Source of the DNA: Octopus vulgaris
Taxonomy: Eukaryota
Length of the DNA stretch: 64,000 bases
Reading direction: 5' to 3'
NCBI GenBank assembly: GCA_951406725.2
Contig: OX597820.1
Span: forward strand, 48,484,001-48,548,000
The notes beneath the pieces are model-generated. The model ran no database searches. It saw only the letters and a list, made by a program, of their open reading frames with translations, and was not told where the DNA came from. The position numbers and the translations under genes were made by a program. Positions 1-14,001 of the stretch are shown here, in pieces (position 1 is the stretch's first letter; each line of letters begins with the position of its first letter).

Positions 1-290
1 ATCCTTGGGCCCCTCGATCCCCTGATCGTGTGTGTACGCATAAGCCCCGTTCACTGGACGATTTGAAGAAAGTTATTCGCGTGGAAGTCACCCAAATTGA
101 CAGAGCAATGCTGGAGAGAGTGGAGGCTAACTTCTAAGAATGCCTTCAGAAATGCACCAATGAAAATGATCACCACATGACGGATGTCGTTTTCTAAATA
201 TGCTAATTAAATACGAAAATATTGACGTCAATTGAATTTGTTTGCAGCTAAAATTTTCATAAACGTCCATTCTTTCTGCTCCAACCTGTA
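1..290 (+). mobile_element. Tc1/mariner-superfamily transposon 3' remnant (transposase C-terminus plus right TIR)
   Basis: Frame from nt 3 reads PWAPRSPD-(deletion)-RVCTHKPRSLDDLKKVIRVEVTQIDRAMLERVEANF*ECLQKCTNENDHHMTDVVF*, matching the WPPRSPDL...VY.KP.TL.ELK..I motif. Ends in ...ccaacctgTA, like a CAGGGTG-type TIR plus TA target. Confidence 0.8.
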
Positions 291-291
291 G

Positions 292-325
<34 letters not shown>

Positions 326-529
326 GGGGAATGGCAATAAACACAAGTTTATACTATTTGTTCCTGTGTACGGTTTCCAGCTAGCCGCTGTTGGAACGAT
401 TTTCGTCTGCCTCCTATATAAAGTATGTTTTTAAATATAGCGCTTCCATAAGAGATGTTATCTCTGGATGAATACCGCAGTAAATTGTCTTTCAACGATA
501 TATTTACATTGAATAAGCTATATTGATGG

Positions 530-935
<406 letters not shown>

Positions 936-1550
936 TATATAAAATTATTAGACATTTAGACATACAAAGATAGACAGGGATAGAGAGGACAGCTTAAGTG
1001 AATGTAAGTGAGATGAAATGAAAACAAGTGGGGTAGACTGGAGGTTGAGAAATGATGGAAAGAATGCGAGAAAACTTATATTAATCTATTTACAATATTC
1101 ATAATGGCGTTGTCTGCTACAGAAACACACACACGCACTCACATACACGCATTCATATACAAGGGTGTATATGTACGTGTTCAAGTGTTTGTGTCTACTG
1201 GCTCTTGGGATTAGTCAAAGACGAAAGTTTCGTATCGACTTCTGGGTTTCTGTTCTTGTTAAGCCGACTGGAAAACGAGACGGACTGACTTTAATGCTTT
1301 TTATGGTTGATTATGATATTAGAAATATGTTTTAGGTTGACACTTACAGGTATCGATTTTCTATGACTGTATCCTAGACGCATGTGTGTATGTGTAAACG
1401 TATATGTGTGTATGTATGTATGTAGGTATACATGTTTACTGGTTTGTCCATAAATATTCAGTTAACACACACGCGTAAAGACAAGCACAAATAGCAGTGT
1501 TCACAAGCACTGACATAAGCGCATATGCGTATTCATGTCCGTACATACTT

Positions 1551-1624
<74 letters not shown>

Positions 1625-1880
1625 CATATATATATATATAGTCATATATATATATGTATATATATATAAGCATGTATATGTGTATACATATATATATGTT
1701 TAGCGAGATAGAGAGAGAGAGAGAGAGAAATAAGAAGAGGAAATGAGAGAGAGACACACAGACAAATATAGAAAGATATATAGCTGGACAGGTAGATGTA
1801 TAGATAGAAATAGGCACATATACATGTATAAATAGAAAGTGGGGGCATACGAGAGAGGAATTGAGAGTGCGCAAGAAAAA

Positions 1881-1916
<36 letters not shown>

Positions 1917-4123
1917 ATGATGGAACGAAAGAGAGAGGGAGAGAGAAATTGAGAAAGAAAGAAAGGAAGAAAGAAAGAGAGAAAGTAAGACAACATGAAA
2001 TATAATAAACAAGAACGTAATGTGCCATGTGACCACTAGTTGACCCTGTGGAGCATATGATTTCAATCCATATATTCCCTTCAGTAATACATTACTTGTT
2101 CTGTTTGGAATTAATCTTAGTATAACTGCGTTTTGAAATAATCGTGTACACATATTCACATACCTAATCATACCCCAACCAATACATCTTTCTCTCTATT
2201 TATCTATCTGCTTACCTCTTTTGTATCCATTCAATCATACATGCATACATACATACATACATACATACATACATACATACATACATACATACATACATAC
2301 ATTCATAAAACTTTATCTCCATAACTTTGATATGTATAAATCTCTGTGTCGGTCGTTGACTTCCAATACCTTTTGCTTCTCCCTCCCACCCTTCCTCACT
2401 CACTCACTCACTCACTCACTCATTCATTCATTCTTGATCTCTTTCTCTCTTTACGCATAAATACTTATAAATGCGTAGTAGATGCAGCATGAGCAACCGA
2501 TTAAGAAGATCGTTTCACTATTACGTCTTTCCTAGTAGTTTGACAATATTGCGGAGCATCTAGGGCAAGTATATTTTACCACCGGCATCGCTTCGTGAAA
2601 CTGGATGGGGGAAACTATGTAGAAACCCATCATAGGGATTGCACCTAATGCATTTAAATGGTACCATTTTGTCACATACTGTGTTACACAGACCATCAGA
2701 TTGTATACATGTCAGTGGAATATTCTGCCATTTATTCAGTAATTTAGTTAGGTGCTAATTCAGCTGATCCAACAACTAAATCCTCCTCGTTGAATCAGAC
2801 GGTGATTCATTTCTTGTTATTTACAAATGGATATTTTGTAGCACATATTTGTCCTGAATATTCGATGAATGCTGCGTAGAACATGAAAGTTAGTATTCAG
2901 TTATTCGACCTATAAAACCCCCTATTCCTTCAATTATTGTGTAAGTGGCTAAGCATTGTCAAAGACAGTTGTGCAGGTGTACAGTTGTGCTTGAGTAGAA
3001 TAAACGGGATTCACCCTGTGACAGGTCTGACTATTTCAATGTACAGATCTAACGAAAGTTACCATACATGTTTCTTTCTATCCCATTTTTTACAAGACTT
3101 GTGTCAACCGATGGAAAGCTAACTCATACAACCATGAATGAACTTGTATGTGTGTAATATTAAGATTCTAACATGACGGAAGACTATTTACTTTCTATGA
3201 CATTCCCAAATTGTAGCGTTTTTCTGTTTCATTCCAGTCCTTTTGGAATGACCTTTGCGAACATTTTGCACCCAGCATAGCAATGCCTTGAGTGACCAGA
3301 TAGAAATCTGTATCACGCAACGGTGATGTCCACTATTTTGTAATATAATATAAACAGATGAGTTGTGCAGAAACTTTTCACTAAAGGAGACACCATAATG
3401 CAGTCGCTTAAACAGCTAGAAATAACTGCCATGCCTCACTTAAATCACATTTTATAAAGGATAGACATGTTGAATAAATTAATCCAAAATATGTACAAAA
3501 AATATGGGATGATAACGGTAAAACTCCCACTAATAGTATTCTTATATATCCTGCTAGAATAAATGTAGTAAATAGTTCTCTTCCCAACGAGATATAGGCA
3601 CCGGACTAATGGATCTTTTGTTCTCTCTCTGTGTCTTTTATTACAACTACAATCATCTCAGTTCTTTTGATGTTCGCGGCTCTGAAACTCATTCAACCAA
3701 TACAACTACTTTGCTTTTGCTAAACTACCTCTCTGATGAACGACTCTTGAAATAATGTAACATTAATCAACTCTAGGAATATTTATTTTTACGAGGAAGA
3801 TTGTGTATTCATGTGTCTATGTTTTTAAGTATGTACCTAAATACATATACATAAACGTTAGATACATCACGTTATGCACACATATATAGATATGCGTATG
3901 TCGGTGGAAAGACACACACACACACACACATATATACATCTATATATGAATATATGAATATATACATACGCACACTTACAAATACATATACATAATATAT
4001 ATACATGTAAACATGTATGTATATATCATATATATACTTATGTATGTATGTATGTATATATATATATGTGTGTATGTATATATATATATTCATATATATG
4101 TATATATATCTGTATCTATGCGC

Positions 4124-4169
<46 letters not shown>

Positions 4170-4818
4170 ATATGTGTGTGTATGTGTTTTTGTGTTCTTG
4201 TAAAACTCGAATAATAAAATTAAGAGATAGATGAGTGAAACATTCAGTAACACTTAAAACTTTCGCACTGACCTTAAATAGAAAGTTTAATTTAACAAGA
4301 TTTATAGAGAAACATCGTGCCGAAAATAAGCGCTTTATTCAAATAAAGGTGAATACCGAAATGGACAATGACAGCAGTTGATAGAAGACTTTGCGTTCAA
4401 TAGAATTGACCACAATAGGAGAACTGAAGAGTTGAATGAATAGCAGAGAAATCAGTTGTGCCAATTATGGCAATTGAGGTTAAGAAGATGACAGATGTTA
4501 TTTGAAAATGAACAAAAGGCTTTATGGAAAATAAACTGTTGGCCTGTTGTTAATTAGCATTGGTTAGATACGGTTTCGAGTAGACTGTACTATAAATACA
4601 AGAGAATGCAATGTTGGTGCCCATTGTTGTTGCTGTTATGGTGTTATTTTTGGTGTCATCTTTGTGGAAGATTTCATTGTTGCTCTTGTTGTTTGTGTAG
4701 TTCTACTACATTTGTTATCACCTTCCATTGTTTTATTTCAATTGCGTTTGTACTGGCACTTGTTGGAAGCTATAGATCTGTTGTTATTGCCTTGAGTCGT
4801 GTAAATTAAGATAATAAC

Positions 4819-4876
<58 letters not shown>

Positions 4877-4889
4877 GTAATAGTATGAG

Positions 4890-5745
4890 TAATTTCTTTT
4901 CTTTGCCACCAGGATGAAGAATGAGAGGGGCAATACAAAGACTGACATAAAGTGTTGGGGGCTACTAACGATGGAATGACAGAAAAAAATAAAATAAACA
5001 GTATATATAGTATACGACACTAGAACAGGAATAAAATGATTGTGATGAGATTCCCCTGATACAAGAAGACCTCTGGGGATAATCGAGGAACCCCACCATC
5101 CCGGGTCACTCCAAATACCAAGGACGAGTGTCCTCTCCAACTCATTTCTTTCGACTCACATATCTACACTAAGAGTAGCACCATCCACTCTTGACATTTT
5201 CGCAACTTTCACCCTCCTGTTCATAAATTCACTCAAAGACAGCACCTCCGTCTCCACCCTCACCTTCTTTTTCAAGTGACACTTGGAAAAGTCGATGAGG
5301 GCTTTATCAAAGAGGAATGTTTCTGTCTTCATTTCTTTCAGCCTCGTCCATCAGACAACCTCTTTCGCCACGGCCACCAGACAAAGGAAAACAGCCTTGC
5401 CTGTCCGATTAAAGGAGGGCGGCGGGGGTAATCCTCATTAAGGACTCGACTGACAGATGAATTCGTCCCACACGCGACAACAGCTGCTCGTCATAACATC
5501 ATACGTCAGCAATGCCCGGACACTGAACGCGTGCATATAGTATGGTTACGTTGCCCTGCGAGCACCTCGGACAAGCCCGTCTGATAGCATATCCATACCT
5601 GTAGAGTTTATCTCGAACCGCTAGCGACCCCTGGTAACACTGCCAGGTCCAAGACATCTAGAAATTATCCATAAAAGTCCCCGGCCGGAAAGCCCTACGG
5701 AACTGACTTGCCACATGGGCGAAAGATGAAGGGGACGACAGTCAA
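4890..5745 (-). mobile_element. L1/Tx1-clade LINE 3' remnant (ORF2 C-terminal zinc-binding region plus 3' UTR)
   Basis: Minus strand reads FRRAFRPGTFMDNF*MSWTWQCYQGSLAVRDKLYRYGYAIRRACPRCSQGNVTILYARVQCPGIADV*..., then after a frameshift ...KAVFLCLVAVAKEVV*WTRLK...VDM* (stop 5156-5158). This is the CxxC...ETxxH...C..VW pattern of the zf-RVT region. Short A-rich end abuts the (AAT)n tract. Confidence 0.75.
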
Positions 5746-5749
5746 TAAT

Positions 5750-6715
5750 AATCCTTTCTGCTGGAGGTGCAAGACCTCAAATTTATTGGGAGGGACTAGT
5801 CGATTACATTGACCCAATGTTTCACTGGTACTTAATTTATCGATCTCGAGACGATGAAACGCAAAGTCGACCTCGTCGTAATTTGAACTCAGTACACAAG
5901 GACTGACGAATTATCGATTAGCATTTTCTCCTGTGTGCTAACGATTCTGCAAGCTCACCGACTTTAATAATAATTTCTACTGTAGTCACAAGGCCAGAAA
6001 TTTGAGGGGAGGGCCTAGTCCATTACATCGACCCCAGTGCTTAATTGGTACTTATTTTATCGGCCTCTAAAGAATATCAGGTAAAGTCATCCTCGGCGGA
6101 ATTTGAACTCAGACCGTTACGACTGGCAAAATACCAATTTCTTTACTACCCACAAGGGGCTAAACAGAGAGAGGACAAACAGGTTAAGTCGAATATATCG
6201 ACCCCTGTGCGTAACAGGTACTTATTTAATCGACCCCGAAAGGATGAAAGGCAAAGTCGACCTCGACAGAATTTGAACTCAGAACGTAGCGGCAGACGAA
6301 ATACCTACTTCTTTATTGCCCACCCGGGGCTAAACACAGAGGGGACAAACAAGGACAGACAAATGGAATAAGTCGATTACATCGACCCCAGTGCGTAGCT
6401 GGTACTTAATTTATCGACCCCGAAAGGATGAAAGGCAAAGTCGACCTCGGCGGAATTTGAACTCAGAACGTAGCGGCAGACGAAATATCGCTAAGCATTT
6501 CGCCCGGTGTGCTAACGTTTCTGCCAGCTCGACTGGCAAAATACCGTTAAGCATTTTGTTCGTTGTGCTAACTATTCTACCAGCTTGCCACCGCAACAAC
6601 AACAGCAGCAGCAGCAGCAGCAACAACAACAACAATAACAACAACAATAGTAATAATAATAAAGATAATAATAATAATATTAATCATCCTTTCTATTATA
6701 GGCACAAGGCCTGAA
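5750..6715 (-). mobile_element. Cluster of 4-5 tandem/nested tRNA-derived SINEs (family A, Meta-domain-like centre)
   Basis: Repeated units. Minus strand has box A (gagctggcagaa), box B (gagttcaaattcc) and central gactttgcctttcatcctttcggggtcgataaattaagtaccag, resembling the MetaSINE domain. Confidence 0.9.
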
Positions 6716-7049
6716 AATAATTGTCTAAAATGTTCAAGAGTTATTGCATTAACTAACGAGTAGTTAATGCATTAACGCTGTTTGGGTGCATATTCTTCAT
6801 CTAATATACAGTGAGTTTATAATATACAGTTCTTTATCTAATATACAGTGAGTTTAATTTTTGTTCTAACACTCGGTACTCTAACACGCTGCGCAGACAG
6901 ATAAAAAAACTATTGATAAATTAAAATCTTACGTCTGTCACGAGCCCAACGACTCATTAGATTTGAGCCTATCTCAGTTGCTACGGGGATCAAAACTGCA
7001 ACAATCTCCACCACGGTACAGGACGCCTGACCATTGAAAATTTAATCCA

Positions 7050-7200
7050 GCCTACCATAGTTTACTAGTACATATTTGTAGTTTGAGGGACTGAAGCAAC
7101 TTGAAATGTAATGTTATGCAGAAGAACACAAGGTGCCACCCAGCCTTGCAATGGAAACACCGAATTTATGATCGTATGCGCATCTCCCTATTATAACGAT
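7050..7200 (-). mobile_element. Degenerate CORE-like tRNA SINE
   Basis: Minus strand ttgtgttcttctgcataacattacatttcaagttgcttcagtc resembles the plus-strand copies at 43050-43270 and 34800-34930 (ccttgagcaagg...ttgctcca). Confidence 0.45.
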
Positions 7201-7387
7201 GTAGTGACCCTTCTGAGTTGAAGTAAACTTTAAATAAAACAAAATAACAAAACAAAAAAGAATCAATCAAGGTTACATGTACGAATATTGTTTATTTTGA
7301 AATAGATAGATACTTATGATAAGAGGAGTTTGTAGAATATATTTTGCTAAATTTGAATAACCTGGTTCTCGATAAAAATGACGACTG

Positions 7388-7447
<60 letters not shown>

Positions 7448-8369
7448 ATATATATATATATCGAAGAGAAGGAAATGGTGTACTTTACTCTTCAAGAGTT
7501 GAAAATATGAGGAGTCAAGGAATTAATATTCCATGTGGAAAATTTTATATGATACATGCATATTTTGTGACAACACTCCACGCTTAGAACGTGACTACCA
7601 AAACATATGCATATAATAATATCTGATGATAGAATAACCCTTCCCTAGAAGTACGTTCGAGTTAATACCAAGTGAAACATTTAAAAACCACAATGACATC
7701 ACACACAGATATAGGACGCTTATAATGTAAATACAAATAACACGAAAAAAAAATGGGAAAAAATGCATTAAATAGAAAATATAAATATCAATAGTAAAAA
7801 CGCAGAGCATACGAATAAAAAATATCAAATACATAAACCCTGAAAGCACATAAATTCAAAACAAAAGAAATAAATAATGAGAAATGCTGGAGAAATATTA
7901 AAAGATGTTAAAGAATATAAAGAAAAAAAATACTAAAACATTGCTGACGGAAATTCAAACTTCCTTATATTCCAAGGAATCCGGCTTTATGAAAGGCAGT
8001 AAACCCGTTTACTTTCTTTTCTCTTTTCTTGTTGAACGAAACAAACATATGGCCCCAAGCTGATAACGAGTTTGTATTCGTATTTGTATTTTACTGTATC
8101 TCGGTGACTTCCTGTGATGTTAATATTTCCCAGGTTTGTTCTCATGTTGTACATCATATGATTACCGTTTTACTCCCGTTGATATATTCAACTTCCTAAA
8201 ATTGATCCATTTCTCTTGCGCTTGGGGCTGCATTGATTTCTATTTCTGCAACTTGCTTCCAATAATTACGTCGGGAGGAATGTAAATGACAAGCACTGAT
8301 TGTATTTGAACTAAAAAAAAAAATATTAACGATACATACTTAGGAACACACACACAAACATATCAAACA

Positions 8370-8745
8370 TTCTTTTCTACTCTACAAAACTCGAAATTTT
8401 TGAGGAGAGGGCAATCGATTAGATCAACCCCAGTACGAAACTATTACTTAATTTATCGACCCCGAAAAGATGAAAGGCAAAGTCGAACTCGGCGGAATTT
8501 GAAGTCGGAACGTAGAGACAGTGGAAATATATATTTCTTTATTGTCCACAAAGGGCTAAACACAGAGGGGACAAACAAGGACAGTCAAAGGGATTAAGTC
8601 GATTACATCGACACCAGTGCGTAACTGGGATTTAATTTATCGACTCCAAAAGAATAAAAGGCAAAGTCGACCTCGGCGGAATTTGAACTCAGAACGTAGC
8701 GGCATTTCGCCCGGTATACAAATTTTCTGCCAGCTCGCCGCCTTA
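8370..8745 (-). mobile_element. Dimeric SINE family A copy
   Basis: Two tandem units with the same junction as at ~6135 and ~6302; head ends at ...ccagctcgccgcctt (8745). Confidence 0.9.
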
Positions 8746-8847
8746 AAGCATAGAAGTAATTGAATATAGTCAAATGTCATCGAATTCAGTTGACAATATT
8801 CTTTGTAAAAGGAAGTCAGTAGTTCTATTACAGGTTCACACATAATA

Positions 8848-8993
<146 letters not shown>

Positions 8994-9114
8994 AGGGGGA
9001 TTCAGAAGTCACCATACATAGGAAAAATTTATTTTCTTATAAGAAACAGTTAAATAAAAAACTGTTTCTTATAAAAAATAAATTGTTCTCATGCATTGCA
9101 ACTTTTGAATCACC

Positions 9115-9119
<5 letters not shown>
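8994..9119. mobile_element. Palindromic Tc1/mariner-derived MITE (~125 bp)
   Basis: agggggattcagaagt...aatttattttcttataagaaacagtt versus aactgtttcttataaaaaataaatt...acttttgaatcaccctgTA form ~55-bp inverted arms. Confidence 0.75.
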
Positions 9120-9155
<36 letters not shown>

Positions 9156-9161
<6 letters not shown>

Positions 9162-9346
9162 TGTTTCATATATATTGCAAAAATAGCAGATATATCATAA
9201 AATACATTTGAGTAGACATCTTATATTATACTCATGAAATATTGGAGATAGTTCCATTAGAGGCAGATATAGGTTGTAAACAGTTTCCAAAGTTCCTTAA
9301 TGATGATGCACAGTCTTATCACAGATTTTTAAAAACTTATTAGTTT

Positions 9347-9348
<2 letters not shown>
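9156..9348 (-). mobile_element. Penelope-like fragment with decayed HHR between (TA)n tracts
   Basis: Minus strand reads ttcatgag...atgaaacaattgta then (TA)n; same GAAAC-AAUU-GUA 3' half as at 60119-60130. CUGANGA box is degenerate. Confidence 0.45.
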
Positions 9349-9429
<81 letters not shown>

Positions 9430-9430
<1 letters not shown>

Positions 9431-10355
9431 AATATTCTATAATTATAAACATAATTATAATTAGGAGTCACCTAATTGCTTCACCACGCACTGAATTTAG
9501 TAATAGGGGTTAAAATTCCTTTCCTGGAAAAGTAAAGATCTCCCAGACAGTAACACAAATTTTTAAGTAGGCAAAAAGAAAAAATAACGAATCCACACGA
9601 CTAAAATTGGCTACATAGGCGTTTCGGGATTAAAGTAAAGTTATAGTTACTTATTTATTTCAACTCTTCAGTGCAGCATTTTAAATATAAATTTAAGAGT
9701 GCTAGGATTAAATATGTACGTGATCGAACGCCATCGCATAACTGATATCCAACCAACATTTCCAAAAATATACAGCCGAATGTGAACACATATTTATCCT
9801 TAATAACCACGTTTATGTTACGAGCAATCCCGCAGAAACTGCAGTTTTCGATCAGAAATTAAATTATAATTTCAATATTAATAATATGTTACCGATCTAC
9901 TTGGTAAAATTATTAATCATTAATCAATTAATTGATTAATTAATTGATTAATTTTATCCATTTATTATTAAGAGGTGAAATAAGTAAGTAAATACCTGAA
10001 GTAAATACCCAAAGAAGTGAAATAAGTAAGAAAATATAACTTTACTTTACTTTAATCCGAAGACGCGTATGTAGCTAATCTGAGTCGTGTTGATTCGTTT
10101 TGTTTTCGTTTTGCCTACGTAAAAAAGTGTGCTACTGTCTGGGAGATCTTTACGGTAGCAGAAAAGGAATTTTAACTCCTATTTCTCTATTCGGTGCATG
10201 TAGTGAAGCAATTAGCTGACCGCTAATTTTAATTATAGAATATTTGTATAATTTTACCTGAAAAGGTTATTTTAACGTACCAATCTACTTGGTAAAATTA
10301 TCAATTAATTGATTTCTTAATTAATTAGTTAATTTTACCCTTTTATTATTATTAA
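9430..10355. mobile_element. Penelope-like non-autonomous element with inverted pseudo-LTR copies
   Basis: 9430-9670 is the diverged reverse complement of ~10010-10246; 9885-9970 directly repeats the 10275-10355 tail; (TA)n on both flanks; contains an HHR motif. Confidence 0.7.
9610..9677 (-). ncRNA. Minimal type-I hammerhead ribozyme motif (one stem III substitution)
   Basis: Minus strand: GCUGCA-CUGAAGA-G(~38 nt)C-GAAAC-GCC-UA-UGUAGC. Stem I GCUGCA/UGUAGC is 6 bp with one GU. The sister copy at ~10059-10075 keeps the palindromic ACGCGU. Confidence 0.65.
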
Positions 10356-10365
10356 TATATATATA

Positions 10366-10439
<74 letters not shown>

Positions 10440-10442
<3 letters not shown>

Positions 10443-10520
10443 GAGGGATGTTTTGAGCCTTGAAGTCTTGTACCATGTTTTGTCTTTTTGAGGCTCAAGA
10501 CTTTCATACACTCCTCATGT
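10440..10520. mobile_element. Very short mariner-type MITE remnant
   Basis: TAcgagggatgttttgagcct...aggctcaagactttcatacactcctcatgTA; degenerate inverted ends. Confidence 0.45.
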
Positions 10521-10521
10521 A

Positions 10522-10557
<36 letters not shown>

Positions 10558-10732
10558 TGTATGTATGTATGTATGTATGTATGGCAACACATATTTATGT
10601 GTGTGGCAAGGCATATGCGTAAGCACGCATAGTTAGATTCAGATAAACATACATTTATAATCATATGTATCCCACCAACATACCGATATTGATGTGTGTG
10701 CATGTATGTTCGTTTGTGTGTGTAGTCATATA

Positions 10733-11540
10733 TACGACAGGGTACCCAAAAGAAACCGAAATTTTGCAATATTATTTCATTCACTTAGTTTTACATGTTT
10801 ACCCCTTAATCGCTTTCAGAGTATTCTCCACACGAAACACTGCATCGGTCCAGATGCGTTTTTCACTTTTTGAGGCAGTCTTAGAACTCTTGCGAAGTGA
10901 TGTCTTTTAACGCCTTCGTCGTTTGTTTTTCTTCTTCACGTATTTCACACCTGCAAAACGTTTTTCTTTAGCGACATTTTTCATTCGGGAAAACAAAAAA
11001 AAGTTGCAGGGAGCAAGATCGCATAAATAAGGAGAGTGGGTGAATGGGGTCAGGCCATATTTAGTCAAAAACTGTCTCACACTCAAAGCCGTGTGCGAAG
11101 GTGCATTGCCGTGATTAAGCCATCACTTTTCACTTTCATTTTCGTTTCACCTTGCTTTGAAAATGTTTCAGAACTGCCAAGTAAAATGTGTAGTTAACAA
11201 TTTGAGCAGGAGGAACAAATTCTATGTGGAAAATTCCTTTCGCATCGATCAAACAAATCTGCATCATCTCGACATTGGGCTTTACTTGACGCACTATTTA
11301 GGGGCGTAGTGATATCAAATGCTTCTATTGACTTGATTGCGGCTTCATTTCCGGGTCGTAACCGTAGCACTAGCTTTCGACTCTAGTGCTGACCTTCAAG
11401 AAAAGGTCTGGATCAACTTTCAACTGTTCTGTCAGTTCAAGTCACACATTCGATCGTGACTGCGTTTGACCTTCTGCAAGCGAGTGTGGCACGAATTTTG
11501 CTGCAATTCTTTTCATTCGCAATTCCTTGCTAATGAACAG
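10733..11540 (-). mobile_element. mariner transposase pseudogene with right TIR
   Basis: Minus-strand peptides GYDPEMKPQSSQ*K, QVKPNVEMMQICLIDAKGIFHIEFVPPAQIVNYTFYLAVLKH and HSPYLCDLAPCNFFLFSRMK match YDPETK / YSPDLAPCDF motifs. TIR-like TAcgacagggtacccaaaa at 10733. Confidence 0.9.
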
Positions 11541-12443
11541 AAGTCAAATACATATCTAGAAGCCGTCATATACTCGCGGTTTGAAGGCATTTATTTGTAT
11601 ACTCTGCCCAAAGTATTTCCTTTCTACCTGCTTTTCACTTGGGGGAAATATATGGTGGATCATTGTAAGACTTTTATACAACTGAAGTAGAATTTTTAGA
11701 GTTAAGAGTTCTTATGTTTGTTGTTAGCCCAAGGATTATTTGTATTAAGGTAGGCGTCGTCCCATCAATCCTAATCTTCACAATGTACCAAGTTTAAAAT
11801 TTCTTCACAGAAATCTAATAACACACATAAAAAAGAATTCACTCCGAATCTCAGGTAAGCTGTTTGACAATTTAAGTTATCTAGAGACATTCTTTTGTGA
11901 ACCGTGAATCACAAAATCTTCTAAACAAAGAATGCTGTGACCTGAGTTTGATACACTTCTTTTGAATGTAACATCCAAGATTGACTGTTCTAAGCTTAAA
12001 AGTTCTCAAATCAAGCGCCACCTCTCAAAATGATAATACAAATATCCTCACCATATCTTGCTAGTAACTCCTGGAATTAAACACACTGTAAATATTTGTC
12101 TCCAAATGACTATGGTCTTTCTTTGCGTTTCCCCTGAAAATTTCAACTTTTATTTGGATTTATCTCGTTAATATACAACATTATCTATGTAAAAGTACGA
12201 CAAATTCCACCAATTTTCTCATCCATCATTTAAAGCTGCCTCTGATTGACCTAGACTCTAGAAATAAAAGGGTAGAATAAAAGACATTAAGTTCCTGGGT
12301 AGGCTCAACGACAACACGGGAATATAGAATTCTCGAAACAAAATGCATCGTTTTATACCCAGATACACGCACGCAAGAATATATATATATTTGTGTGCAT
12401 GTGAGTATTTTATTGAAGATTGCTATGTTTTAGGTAACATCAT

Positions 12444-12819
12444 GACGTAGCACTCCATCGGTTACGATGAGGAGGGTTCCAGTTGATCCGATCAACGGAA
12501 CAGCTTGCTCGTGGTATTAACGTGCAAGTGGCTGAGCACTCCTCAGAAACGTATATCTTTAACGTAGTTCTCGGAGAGATTCAGCGTGACACACAGTGTG
12601 ACAACGGTGGCCCTTTGAAAAACAGGTACAACAGAAACAGGAAGAAAGAGTGATATAAAGTTGTGGTGAAAGAGTACAGCTGGGTTCGCCACCACCCCTG
12701 CCGAAGCCTCGTGGGGGTTTTCGCTAAATAAACACTCACAACTCTCGGTCTGGGAATCGAAACGGCAATCATACAACCACGAGTCCACTGCATTCACCAA
12801 TGGGACATTGCGCCACCAC
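12444..12819 (-). mobile_element. Full-length tRNA-derived SINE (family C) with 11-bp TSD
   Basis: Minus head tggtggcgcaatgtcccattgg...gtttcgattcccagacc; TSD ggtaacatcat at 12433-12443 and 12820-12830; homologous to 51889-52267. Confidence 0.92.
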
Positions 12820-12993
12820 GGTAACATCATATTACATATGATAATGTTAGAATTCTCAATAAGAAATATAAATTTAAAATTACTATTTACTGATAAATGA
12901 CTACTAACAGCAACATATTTAGGGAAACTACCGAGGAACTTTTAATTAATGTCTGGTACTAACGGTTGTAATTACTATTCTAGCGTAGGATTA

Positions 12994-13208
12994 AGATAGT
13001 GAGCTGTTAGAATCATTGCTACACCGGGCAGAATACTTGACAGCATTTATTCAGGCTCTTTCCTTTCTGAATCCAAATGTCGCCGAGGTTGGCTTTGCCT
13101 TTTATCTTTTAAAAGTGGATAAAATATGTACTATATAAAGAATGGGGTCGATGAAATAAACTTCTCCTTCCCTCCATATCCTTGGTGTCCTCCCAAAATT
13201 TGGAAGTA
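12994..13208 (+). mobile_element. Degenerate SINE family A
   Basis: gagctgttagaatc...cgccgaggttggctttgccttttatctttt...gataaaat. Confidence 0.75.
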
Positions 13209-13399
13209 TTTTAGAGTAAACTTCAATCCATTGAATTTTTAGTAAAAGGTTAGAATTTAGAAAGAGAAGTTGCAGCGCATAAAATCATAAAACATATCTT
13301 AAGAAATATTATTAAACTTCATATGTATTGCAGATATCCGCAGACGCCTACGCAGTTTTGCTTTTAGGTAGAAAGCTTGCATAGTTAAGAGAAGTGGTG

Positions 13400-13550
13400 T
13401 TTCTGGAGAACATTGAACACGGCACTTGACCGGTAATTTAACGACTGCGAAGAGATCAAATGCCAAATTGACCTCGGCGATATTTGAACTCATAATGTAA
13501 AAAGCCGGAACAAATACTGCAAGCTGTTCGCGAAGCTATTGCGATTCTCC
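13400..13550 (-). mobile_element. Degenerate SINE family A
   Basis: ttgacctcggcgatatttgaactcataatgtaa matches the family A box B region. Confidence 0.6.
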
Positions 13551-13946
13551 TTTCAAAGGTACACAATGGATGCAATACTAATTACAACGCTTATTTAACG
13601 TACAATATTTACAAAATAAATGCAACGGCCATTGGGCAGAAATATATAACCCGGTGATAAGTTCTCTATTAACAAATAACCAATAGCATTGCGCCAATTT
13701 GCTACACATTCATATGTCAAAATTTATTATTTCAAACAGAAAATAAAGGCTTAAAGGTCAGGAAGCGTTGATGGATTTCGTAGCATTAACTGTCCCTAAC
13801 TTACTGTAAGGAATGCATTAGGAAAATGGATAAATGTTTTAATTCAATGTACATATATGGCTGATGCATACATACAAATATATATGTATGTGTGTGCAAA
13901 AATTCTTACATGTATCAGTGTAAACGTACATACGCACGTTACACAC

Positions 13947-14001
<55 letters not shown>

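Noticed and set aside
3728-3765. HHR-like ctgatga...gaaat; similar weak hits near 7944-8005, 32165-32225(-), 49655-49708, 50443-50485 and 52447-52485
   Set aside because: Too many core or stem defects to distinguish from chance by eye.
11811-11854. Possible small exon (cacag...cag/gtaagc); also a donor-like cag/gtaagt at ~20287
   Set aside because: Isolated splice-like motifs are expected by chance; no recognisable peptide or exon chain.
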